Shown piece by piece: positions 54,771-62,965 of a stretch of DNA of 64,000 bases. The translations under genes and the position numbers were made by a program. Numbering within the stretch: position 1 is the stretch's first letter; each line of letters begins with the position of its first letter. The stretch comes from a virus. The notes under the pieces were generated by a model that saw nothing but the letters and a program-made list of their open reading frames with translations, made no database searches and was not told the origin of the DNA. The stretch spans positions 67,436-131,435 of IMG/VR virus record IMGVR_UViG_3300023210_000011. One strand, given 5' to 3'.

Positions 54771-55451
54771 TTATTCCCCGAATTTTACTCTGTGAAAGAG
54801 GTCCTCCTTCACAGTCGCGCCTTCTCGAAACTCCGGAGGCAGCGCCCCCTTGAGTTCGCGGTAGACGAAGCAGGAAATTCGCAGCCGGCGGCGCGCGTCT
54901 GCCAGCAGTTTGTGGACTTCCTGCGCAGCGAGGGAGTTCTTGTAGTCCGCCCTCGCCACGACCTCGGAGATCATCCGGCTGCTCAGGCGCAGGAGCTCCA
55001 CCCACGCGGTCGGATGCCCCGCCCTCTCGAAGACCGCGAGGTCTTCCTCATCTGCGCGACCGAAGATGTCGGCCCAGCTCTCCAGGTCTCTCAGGGTGTA
55101 CGACCCTTGGGGACGCGCAGCCTGATCTCGGAGCAGTCCCATCACGGCATTGGCGTAGTCCGGGGTCATCCCCAGCTTGGCGTTCCGTAGATCCAAGATC
55201 TGCTGGACCACAGCCATCTGGGATTCCAATCGCCGCACTTTCGCGCGCAGCGTTCGGATCTCCGCCAACTTCGGCCGCTCCAGCATCCCCTCTGTCTTGA
55301 GCTCATGGACCTCTTCGGGGTCCAGGTGCTGGCGCCGCCCAGACCGCTGGCTCGACAGCTGGCCCGAGTTGATGTAGTTGCGTATAGTACGCTCGGAGCG
55401 ACCCAGAACGCGCGCAGCTTCTGAGATCGTCATTGTATACTGAGTGCCCAT
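54771..55451 (-). CDS. Excisionase/MerR-type HTH DNA-binding protein, about 226 aa
   Basis: MTISEAARVLGRSERTIRNYINSGQLSSQR followed by a coiled coil; start at 55451 or 55433 (the track's 5' extension is antisense shadow). Confidence 0.75.
   Translation of the reverse strand: MGTQYTMTISEAARVLGRSERTIRNYINSGQLSSQRSGRRQHLDPEEVHELKTEGMLERPKLAEIRTLRAKVRRLESQMAVVQQILDLRNAKLGMTPDYANAVMGLLRDQAARPQGSYTLRDLESWADIFGRADEEDLAVFERAGHPTAWVELLRLSSRMISEVVARADYKNSLAAQEVHKLLADARRRLRISCFVYRELKGALPPEFREGATVKEDLFHRVKFGE
55436..55441 (+). promoter_or_regulatory. Candidate -10-only late promoter (TATACT)
   Basis: 28 nt upstream of ATG 55470, the first gene of the capsid operon. Confidence 0.55.
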
Positions 55452-55469
55452 TCTCTCCCCGGATGATGA

Positions 55470-56414
55470 ATGTTCAGCGGGCCCACAATCACGCGCAGCT
55501 ACCTTCAGGGCCTTGCTCGCAACGCGACTACCGATTTCCTCACGCACGGAACTCCGCTCACCGAAGCCGTGGTGAAGCAGGCGAGTGCGGTAGACGCGAC
55601 CCTCACCGCGGAACACGTCCGGCGTGTGTGTGAGATGACGTACCACGACGCGTACGAGCGGATGCACAAGCAGGCGGGCAGCGCAGATCGCTACATCGTC
55701 TTCGACCCGCCCGACCCCTGTGTCGCGGCAGGGATGCTCAACGCTGCGAAGGTGGCTTCCGCGCAGGCGCGAACTACTTCCACCTCGGGATCTCTTATGA
55801 CAGAGAAAATCGCCTCTGCCCAGCCTCGCGTCAAGTTCCAGCGGGCCAACGCTTTCGACGAACTGATGAAGACCGCCAGCGGCGAGGATGAGGCGTTCGA
55901 GAACAAGAAGCTCGCCCGCCAGGTGCAGGATCTCGATCGGAATCTCCGAGAGGCTTCCAGTGCCCTCGAGGGGCAGATCGAGGCGTGCAAGACGGCGTCC
56001 GCCATGGCGTGGGACGCGCTGGTGAAGACGGCGTACAACACCTACAAAGACGGGCACTCCCTGGAGGAGGTTCTGCACGCAGGCTTCTCCGGCATGGACT
56101 CCTCCGTCAACCATGCTGAGGCCACCAAGGTCGCTTCCCAGCTCGCGGAGTTCTTCGCGGACAAGGTCGAAAAGACCGCAGGCCTCAAGGTCCACCGGAC
56201 GCAGCGCCTGGGTGAGATCGACCCCGACCATCCGTTGCCATCCCGCTTCAACAAGATGGCTGCCCTGGCGACGCAGCGCGCTCACATGGAGATCGCGTTG
56301 AGTGACCTCCAGCGGGATCGCAAGTACCTCAACGAGGAGATCTCCGAGACCCTCTTCGGGGACAAGACCGCAAGTATCCGCCAGATCTCCGCTCTCCAGA
56401 CTCGAGGTTCCTGA
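55470..56414 (+). CDS. Head assembly (scaffold/core-like) protein with about 10 KxA motifs, 314 aa
   Basis: VKQAS, AKVAS, EKIAS, MKTAS, CKTAS, VKTAY, TKVAS, EKTAG, NKMAA, DKTAS. Confidence 0.7.
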   Translation: MFSGPTITRSYLQGLARNATTDFLTHGTPLTEAVVKQASAVDATLTAEHVRRVCEMTYHDAYERMHKQAGSADRYIVFDPPDPCVAAGMLNAAKVASAQARTTSTSGSLMTEKIASAQPRVKFQRANAFDELMKTASGEDEAFENKKLARQVQDLDRNLREASSALEGQIEACKTASAMAWDALVKTAYNTYKDGHSLEEVLHAGFSGMDSSVNHAEATKVASQLAEFFADKVEKTAGLKVHRTQRLGEIDPDHPLPSRFNKMAALATQRAHMEIALSDLQRDRKYLNEEISETLFGDKTASIRQISALQTRGS

Positions 56415-56968
56415 TGTCTGTCTCTGTGCCCGCCGATGCCTACGCCGCCTACGCTCGCGGTGAGATCTCCCAGGACGAGCTGGCCGAGCTCGAGAAGTTC
56501 GCAGACGCGCTCAACAAGGAGGCGGGGGCCCCCATGGGCGGACTGTCTACCGCCCAGCTCGGGGGTCTGATGCTGGCAGCTCCCACGGCAGTGTGGGCGG
56601 GATCCAAGATCCCCCAGGCCCTCGACAACACGCTCAGTGCGATGACCTTCAACCGGGACTACAACCGGATGCTGAAGGTGAACCCGCAGCTGGGTGCCCC
56701 GGACGACCCGAACCTTCGGATGGCCTTCAAGACCCTCCGGAGTACCAATCCGAGCTACTCGAAGGATCCGCTCATCGCCGGGACCATCCTCGACATGGTG
56801 ATGACCAACCGCATGGACCCGGATGACCCCTCGAGTGCTCCGCGCTTCGATCCGGCTCTCCTGCAGCAGCTCCAGAACCGAGGGTCGGACCCTGCGGCCA
56901 CTGAGGCAGGCAAGGCGGTGAGTCGTGTTCCGCAGCAGATGATGGCCGGATTTGGCGGCGGGGACTGA
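56414..56968 (+). CDS. Head-region protein, 184 aa
   Basis: EKFADALNKEAG followed by a hydrophobic helix; TGATG overlaps. Confidence 0.7.
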   Translation: MSVSVPADAYAAYARGEISQDELAELEKFADALNKEAGAPMGGLSTAQLGGLMLAAPTAVWAGSKIPQALDNTLSAMTFNRDYNRMLKVNPQLGAPDDPNLRMAFKTLRSTNPSYSKDPLIAGTILDMVMTNRMDPDDPSSAPRFDPALLQQLQNRGSDPAATEAGKAVSRVPQQMMAGFGGGD

Positions 56969-58905
56969 TGGACAAGGAAGCCCTCTTCAGAGGCACTTCT
57001 CGTGATGGATCTCCCCTGATCCATCGAGTAGAGCCCGGCTCCGCCCACGGGGCCTCCGAAACTGGAGGTCTCTGCAAGACTGCGTCTGGAGAGCACCTTC
57101 CTGAAGTCCTGGAACTTCTGGAGTCCATCGAGGCCCAGCCAGGCCGCCTGTACCTGGTGAACTCCGCCCTGGGGGCCGGTGAGTACGTGGGGTTCAACCT
57201 CCGCGGCGATTGGTTCACCGAAGCTGGACTGCGGAGAGCGCCTCCCGGCTTCGAGGACATTCCCGTGTGGGACATCGATGCGCGGCGTCGTGCGGCGAAC
57301 CAGACTGAGGCCCTCCCTCGCTGGGGGTCCCTGACCTGGGGATACCCCACGTTCTACAACGCGCACCGCTTCCGGCACCACGTCAACAAGGACCCCAATA
57401 AGGCGTACGGCTTCATCCTCGGCGCCTTCTGGGACGACCGCATGAAGCGGGTCATCCTGGTCTCGGAGCTCGTGAGGGACATGTGCGCCAAAATGGGCGC
57501 TCTCGATCTCTACGATCGGATCCGGAATGGGGAGTTTCCTGACACATCCATGGGCTCCAAGGTGCCCTACGATCGCTGCTCGATCTGCGACAACCACGCA
57601 CGCACCCCACTCGAGTACTGCAAGCACGTCCAGCGAGGCGCCCCAGCTCCGTATGGGATGAAGACCCTTCTGCCAGACGGCCGCATCTGCGGGGTCTACA
57701 ACGACTACCCTCGCTTTTTCGATGACTCCTACGTGTTCGTCGGAGCGGAGCGGTCTGCGAAGGTCATGTCGAATGTGACGGACCAGGTGCTCGGCTCAAA
57801 CGGGTACTCCCAGACGATCTACCCGTTCATCCCGCCCCGCATGCGGAAGACCGCAGGAGCAGAGGAGCCGGCAGCGGCACCTATGCCCGATTTCGTCATT
57901 GAAGAGAAGCTGACGCGTGCCCTGGGTTCGATCCCGGCATCGACCCCGATGGAGCGGGAGGCTCTGCGCTTCTTCATGCAGGAACGCCTGGCTGAAGAGC
58001 GCCTGTTGATCGGAACCATGTCTGCGACTGAGTTCGAGATGTGGAAGGAGATCGCGGTCAACACGTTCTCGCGCCAGTACGGACTCCCGCCGCACCATCT
58101 TTCGCACCTGAAGGACGTCTTCAACCAGAGGGTCAACCTCTCCGGGGTAACGAAGGTCGCGGAGATGCCCAAGTGGGCGGAGATGCTCAAGCGGATCCCC
58201 GCCCCGACTGCTGCGCAGATGAGCCTGCTCCGCAAAGAAGAGCAGAGTCTCCCGGAGCTCCCACGAGAGGTTCTGGACCAGATGGCGGAGTCTCCGGGCC
58301 CCAACCTACGCGCCGCGGCGCGATTGGGGATCGTGGTACGTCCGCACGAATTCCAGAGGATCCTTCTCTCACGAAAGAACCCCGCCTTGGCGGATGAGCT
58401 CTACCAGAACCGGGAAGTGTTCCGTCCCTGTGCGCTGAAGTCTCAGGCGTCTCCCTTCGACGCCGCGTCTTTCGTGCCTCAAGAGGCGATGTCTCGGATC
58501 ATCTCTCTTCTGACGGATTTTCTTCCGAAACGGTCGTTCGCCCCATCGGCGATTCGCATTCGGCTTGTCCGAGGTCCCACAGAAGACAGCTTCTCCCCCC
58601 TGCGTGAGCGGGCGGGGTTGGATCACATCTCTCGGCTGTACAATGCGTACCGGCTGGGAATCATCACGAAAAAGCCTGACCTCCAGGCGATTCGTGTCCC
58701 TGGTGGGTATTCGAGAGATCTTCGCAGTGATGTGAAGACGGCGGAAGATGCCGTCGAACTCTCAAATATTCTGCTACATGTTGCCTACTGGCCGGGCCTT
58801 GCATTAGGCTTGAGTCAGCCGGCCGAGGGACGTCCTCCCGAAGACGCCTCTCAATCACACGAACCTGATCCTGAGAGTACCCATGTCCCTCCTTACGGAG
58901 CTTGA
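56968..58905 (+). CDS. Putative prohead maturation protease with a long C-terminal extension, 645 aa
   Basis: N.RGDWF, FRHH.NKD, G.ILGA.WD, SMGSKVPYDRCSICDN...YCKH...N..P.FFDDSYV..GAE..A fits phage prohead protease architecture; upstream of scaffold and capsid genes. Confidence 0.6.
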   Translation: MDKEALFRGTSRDGSPLIHRVEPGSAHGASETGGLCKTASGEHLPEVLELLESIEAQPGRLYLVNSALGAGEYVGFNLRGDWFTEAGLRRAPPGFEDIPVWDIDARRRAANQTEALPRWGSLTWGYPTFYNAHRFRHHVNKDPNKAYGFILGAFWDDRMKRVILVSELVRDMCAKMGALDLYDRIRNGEFPDTSMGSKVPYDRCSICDNHARTPLEYCKHVQRGAPAPYGMKTLLPDGRICGVYNDYPRFFDDSYVFVGAERSAKVMSNVTDQVLGSNGYSQTIYPFIPPRMRKTAGAEEPAAAPMPDFVIEEKLTRALGSIPASTPMEREALRFFMQERLAEERLLIGTMSATEFEMWKEIAVNTFSRQYGLPPHHLSHLKDVFNQRVNLSGVTKVAEMPKWAEMLKRIPAPTAAQMSLLRKEEQSLPELPREVLDQMAESPGPNLRAAARLGIVVRPHEFQRILLSRKNPALADELYQNREVFRPCALKSQASPFDAASFVPQEAMSRIISLLTDFLPKRSFAPSAIRIRLVRGPTEDSFSPLRERAGLDHISRLYNAYRLGIITKKPDLQAIRVPGGYSRDLRSDVKTAEDAVELSNILLHVAYWPGLALGLSQPAEGRPPEDASQSHEPDPESTHVPPYGA

Positions 58906-59986
58906 GGCACGGGGCGTCACGGCCGAAGACCTGGAGAAGGCGGCGTCTGTCCGCTTCTTCGAGAAGGCCGCCGCCGCTGAAGGCGTGAACCTCGACGAGC
59001 TTGGCGAGAGCCAGGTCGAAGAGCTGTACGCTTCCTTCATCCACAACCACTCGTCCGTCGAGGACGATCACTCCAAAGAGGCATCCGCCATGAATGACGA
59101 GATCGTCGACCTGTTCGAGAAGACCGCTGCAGCCGAGGGCATCGACCTCGACGTGATGGAAGACGCTGAGCTTGCTGAGCTCTACAACCACTACGTCGAG
59201 AACGTCCTCCCCGAGCAGATCGGCGAGTACGAGAAGGAGGCCTCCCACGAGGACGAGGCGTACGAGGACGAGGCGTACGAGAAGCTGGCGGAGGCTGAGA
59301 TCCTCGGTCGTCACATGGCGCGTGCCTACATGGACGAGATGGACAAGGAAGCCGGAGAGAAGAAGAAGAAGTACCGTACGGGCCTCGGCCCGCGCGTTCG
59401 GGCAATGAATCGCGGCCAGGACCCCGCCAGCGGGGGACGCCGGCAGATTGGCTCCAGCATGACGTCCAACCTCGGTGGCAAGCTCAAGGAGTTGGTGACG
59501 GGGCACCAGGCAGCAGCGTCACGGGCCGGTGAGAAGATCAAGGGAGATGCCTCCCTCAATGTCACTGCGCGTGAGCGCAAGCAGCTCATGGACGAAGCCA
59601 AGAACCTGGGCGACGAGGGCAGCCTCCCGCGCCGAGGTATCGGAGCGAGCCGAAACCGGGGCGGCGGCACTCGTTCGGCAGCTCGGTACTCCGACGGTGC
59701 GCGTAGCACTGCTGCGAAGCTCCGTCGGCAGAAGGGCGTCTTCCGGGCCGAGCGGTTCAAGGGCTACGGGAAGCGCGGCCTGGTCGCGGGCGGAGCGATC
59801 GCCGCTGCCGCAGGCGGTAAGGCGCTGATGGACAAGAAGTCGTCCGCCGACGATCTCTTCGACATGGCGTACGAGCGGGCGGATGAGTTCGCCAAGCTGG
59901 GCAGCATCGACGACTACGACGGGTCGTTCATCGACGACTGCGCGCTCGACATCCTCGACGAGCACGGCTTCGAGCTGGTGGACTGA
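58883..59986 (+). CDS. Acidic scaffold-like protein with an internal basic KxA-bounded cargo, 367 aa
   Basis: Duplicated FEKxAAAEG.xLD.....LxELY module; acidic-basic-acidic layout bounded by DKEAG and KKSSA. Confidence 0.65.
   Translation: MSLLTELEARGVTAEDLEKAASVRFFEKAAAAEGVNLDELGESQVEELYASFIHNHSSVEDDHSKEASAMNDEIVDLFEKTAAAEGIDLDVMEDAELAELYNHYVENVLPEQIGEYEKEASHEDEAYEDEAYEKLAEAEILGRHMARAYMDEMDKEAGEKKKKYRTGLGPRVRAMNRGQDPASGGRRQIGSSMTSNLGGKLKELVTGHQAAASRAGEKIKGDASLNVTARERKQLMDEAKNLGDEGSLPRRGIGASRNRGGGTRSAARYSDGARSTAAKLRRQKGVFRAERFKGYGKRGLVAGGAIAAAAGGKALMDKKSSADDLFDMAYERADEFAKLGSIDDYDGSFIDDCALDILDEHGFELVD
59249..59278. repeat. 15-bp tandem repeat (EDEAY x2)
   Basis: gaggacgaggcgtac twice in tandem. 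Confidence 0.9.
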
Positions 59987-60618
59987 TGCCCCTCCCAAGG
60001 ACCCTCATCGGTGCAGGAATCGGGTCAGTTGCTGGAGCAGCTGGCGGCGCCCTCACTGGTGACAAAAACCAGTCCGTAGCCAATCGAGTCGGTCGTGGGA
60101 TCCTTGGGGGGATGGCAGGAGCAGGCATGGGTACCGGAGTCCACACCGGACTCCGGTACCGCGGCCTCACCAAGAATCTCGGGTTCCAAAAGGGCCTCGG
60201 AACCCTGGAGGATGCTGCCCTCGGTACGAAGAGTCGCAAGTCCCTGGGGGACGCAGTTGAGGGGATAAAGAACAACATCGCCAAGAACGATGCAGCCGCC
60301 AAGGCCGCCAAGGTCCAGCAGGTTGCTGCTGACGATGCTGCCTTCAAGTTCACTGGATCTCCTGCGGACATGAAGAAGCAGTACCGCAAGCTCTCCCGGG
60401 AGCACCACCCCGATCACGCCATCAGGGAGGGGCTCTCGGAGTCCGCGGCCAACAAGCGGTTCGCCGAGCTGAAGGAGGCGTATGATCGTGCGGTCGCAGG
60501 GGGAGTCAAGGAAGCGTCGTTCATCAAGACCGCTGCGTTCTTCCACGAGCTCGCCAGCCAGCAGATCACTTCGGATGACTACTACTTCTGGTACGATCAG
60601 TTGAGGTCTCTTTCGTGA
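59986..60618 (+). CDS. Glycine-zipper protein fused to a J-domain (HPD), 210 aa
   Basis: IGAGIGSVAGAAGGAL / GILGGMAGAGMG; MKKQYRKLSREHHPDH...NKRFAELKEAYD; C-terminal VKEASFIKTAAF. Confidence 0.8.
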   Translation: MPLPRTLIGAGIGSVAGAAGGALTGDKNQSVANRVGRGILGGMAGAGMGTGVHTGLRYRGLTKNLGFQKGLGTLEDAALGTKSRKSLGDAVEGIKNNIAKNDAAAKAAKVQQVAADDAAFKFTGSPADMKKQYRKLSREHHPDHAIREGLSESAANKRFAELKEAYDRAVAGGVKEASFIKTAAFFHELASQQITSDDYYFWYDQLRSLS

Positions 60619-60935
60619 GCTTGAAAGACCCAGCATGGGGATTCTTCATGGATGAACTCCTACAGCAGGGCCTTTTGCTAAAGGAAGCGGCCAATAGCCT
60701 CTCAGACGGGATCAAGGTCCCGGGCATGGCCAACTCCGGCATACCCAAGGGGTTGGTGAACCCCACCCGCGCAGGCGGGCAGAATCTCGCCAAATTTCAA
60801 CTCGCTGGGCCCGGAAAGACTCCCATGACTGGCGGCACCAAGTCAGTCGTAGCGTCGCAGTCTCTCTCCACTTCTGGGCAGACCGGCTCCCTGTCCCTTC
60901 CCGCTCCCATGACTACCCCACGAGGCCCCAAATGA
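60615..60935 (+). CDS. Small head-region protein, 106 aa
   Basis: FFMDELL...LLKEAA leader-like start; GTGA/ATGA overlaps. Confidence 0.6.
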   Translation: MSLKDPAWGFFMDELLQQGLLLKEAANSLSDGIKVPGMANSGIPKGLVNPTRAGGQNLAKFQLAGPGKTPMTGGTKSVVASQSLSTSGQTGSLSLPAPMTTPRGPK

Positions 60936-61666
60936 GTGCGTACCGCAGCATGATCGACGAGGCCCTCGCGGCTGCTCGTACCCGGGTCGGCACCCCTGCT
61001 GCCGATCTCCAGAAGACCGCTTCCGCCGATGACGGCCTCCTCAAGGAGGCGTCCGATCTCGCCAACGCACTCGAGTTCGTCTCCCTCAGTGCATCTGGCG
61101 ATGGTGCGGTGGGCAGTTTCCGCTCCGAGATGGTCCGCGACTACTACAAGCAGGCCGCCGCTGGCGGGCCCGCTGAGAGCTCGACCTCCGTGTCGGGCAC
61201 ACAGGGCCAGGCGCCCGCCGCAGGCAAGAAGAAGCTGAATCCGAAGGGCCTGGTCGGCGGGAACTCCCCGGCGGAGTCTTCGGCTTCCCCCGCGGGCAAG
61301 GATGGGCAGAAGGCCCTGCTCGAGTCCTTCAAGGAGGCCGAGGGTCAGTCGCTCTACGACATCCTGATGGCCAACAACAAGGAAGCCGCCGCGGGCGGCC
61401 CCGCCGAGTACTGCGCCGAGTCCAAGGGTCCGCTCAAGGACCGACTTCGTAGTGCCCTGGGCTCGAACTCCGCGCCCGTCGCGGCCAAGAAGCGGGCGCT
61501 CAAGGCCCCGACCCGTGAGCGTCTCCGCGAGGCGTTCGCCAATGTCGGAGACGTCACCAGTGATGCCTCGGCTCGTGCGATCTGGCCCCAGGCTCACAGT
61601 CGCGGGAGTCTGAAGGTGGCGGCGGTCAAGGATCGTTTGCAGCGCGTTGTGGACGGGCAGGTCTGA
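60932..61666 (+). CDS. Head core/scaffold-like protein, 244 aa
   Basis: QKTAS, LKEAS, YKQAAAGGPAES, NKEAAAGGPAEY (internal repeat). Confidence 0.7.
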   Translation: MSAYRSMIDEALAAARTRVGTPAADLQKTASADDGLLKEASDLANALEFVSLSASGDGAVGSFRSEMVRDYYKQAAAGGPAESSTSVSGTQGQAPAAGKKKLNPKGLVGGNSPAESSASPAGKDGQKALLESFKEAEGQSLYDILMANNKEAAAGGPAEYCAESKGPLKDRLRSALGSNSAPVAAKKRALKAPTRERLREAFANVGDVTSDASARAIWPQAHSRGSLKVAAVKDRLQRVVDGQV

Positions 61667-61938
61667 TGACGTCTCTCTCCGATTTCGTAGGACTGACCAG
61701 GACCCGGCAGGGTTTCGCACGTCAGCGGGCGAAGATCGCTTCCCTGGCCGAGTACTCGGTCTTGTACGATCTCATCGAGGAGGGCCAGCTCGGTCCTCAC
61801 GTCAAAGAGGCCATGGCCGGTGTGTGCAAGGGATTGGATTCCTCGCTACACTCTGGTACAAAGATCGCATCTGCGCCGGGTGCGGCGACTGAGCGGGATG
61901 CCCGCCAGGCCCGTCTCGATCAACTCCTTCGTCGCTGA
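61666..61938 (+). CDS. Small head-region protein, 90 aa
   Basis: AKIAS, VKEAM, TKIAS; TGATG overlap. Confidence 0.65.
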   Translation: MTSLSDFVGLTRTRQGFARQRAKIASLAEYSVLYDLIEEGQLGPHVKEAMAGVCKGLDSSLHSGTKIASAPGAATERDARQARLDQLLRR

Positions 61939-61952
61939 CACCGAGGACTTCA

Positions 61953-62318
61953 ATGCTGAAAATCAGTCAGGCTGAACTGGCGGCGGTCTCTGCGAAGAGT
62001 GCCCGCACCATTCGTGCCCTCTCCGAGAAGGTGGCAAGCCTTGAGGGTGAGAACCTTCAGTTGCGCACCAAGCTCGCCTCCAACGGCCGCGACGCGGAGA
62101 TCTCCGATCTCGCCCGCGAGATGGAAGAGAAGGGCCTGAACGCGGACATGACGTTCGAAGAGAAGATCGCGCATCTCCGGGGTCACGCGCATCTCGAGAA
62201 TGTCAAGGAAGCTGTCAAGATGGCGAGCGCAGGCTCCGTCCACCTGGCCGCCGTCTCTGACCATCCTGGGACTTCTGCCCTGGACCCCTTCACTTCCTTC
62301 TGCCTTTCCGGCGACTGA
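61953..62318 (+). CDS. Scaffold-like coiled-coil protein, 121 aa
   Basis: EKVAS, TKLAS, VKMAS; GAGG RBS; directly upstream of the decoration and capsid genes. Confidence 0.7.
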   Translation: MLKISQAELAAVSAKSARTIRALSEKVASLEGENLQLRTKLASNGRDAEISDLAREMEEKGLNADMTFEEKIAHLRGHAHLENVKEAVKMASAGSVHLAAVSDHPGTSALDPFTSFCLSGD

Positions 62319-62333
62319 CAATAGGAGATCACG

Positions 62334-62939
62334 ATGGCTGGTTCTTTCGTGAAGCTGCTCAACCCTGGCTACTCGGCCCTCTACACCCGGGACCTGCCCT
62401 TCCTGGTCAACACCTACGTCGACGCCACTGGTGCGAACGTCTTCGACCCCGACGCTACGAACCCCCTTCAGGAGGGTGAGTGGCTGTCGATGAGCGCGGG
62501 CAAGTTCACCCGCGGTGCCGGTGCCACCGGCGCAGTCACGGCGGCCACTGGGGCAACCCGTGTCACGCTCGTGGACGACGCTCAGAACGACGCGCTCGCC
62601 GTCCCGGGGCACATGTACTTCCAGGAGCGGGGCCGCTACGACGCCCAGCTCACCAAGAAGGCGCATTGCCTCATCGGCCCCACGGGCTTCGAGTTCCGCA
62701 CGCAGATGATCGACTGTGCCGCGGACGATGATGGCGAGAAGGTCTACGTGATGATCTGCGAGGACAGTTCCGGCCGGCTCGTCCAGGCCCTCGTCTCGTC
62801 CAGCGTCATCGAGGCTGCGACCAACGCCAATGGTGGCAGCGCGCCCGTCGCAGGAGATGGCAACTGGTTCGCCGGCGTCATCACCCAGGCGCACGGCACC
62901 AGCGACGCCACCATCCTCTTCCAGCCCGGCTGGATCTGA
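62334..62939 (+). CDS. Putative head decoration/stabilising protein, 201 aa
   Basis: AGGAG RBS; beta-rich; immediately upstream of the major capsid gene, the usual position of decoration proteins. Confidence 0.55.
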   Translation: MAGSFVKLLNPGYSALYTRDLPFLVNTYVDATGANVFDPDATNPLQEGEWLSMSAGKFTRGAGATGAVTAATGATRVTLVDDAQNDALAVPGHMYFQERGRYDAQLTKKAHCLIGPTGFEFRTQMIDCAADDDGEKVYVMICEDSSGRLVQALVSSSVIEAATNANGGSAPVAGDGNWFAGVITQAHGTSDATILFQPGWI

Positions 62940-62965
62940 TCCCTCACCGTCCTTAGGAGGACATC

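Noticed and set aside
54771-55451. Excisionase as evidence of a prophage or lysogeny
   Set aside because: No integrase, att-like repeat or host genes in the window; this HTH fold is common in regulators.
55452-56285. 5' extension of the 504-aa minus-strand ORF
   Set aside because: Antisense to the well-supported 55470..56414 gene; the HTH domain begins only at 55451/55433.
61847-61852. TACACT as another late promoter
   Set aside because: 100 nt from the next start and inside a coding region; does not fit the 27-30 nt spacing.
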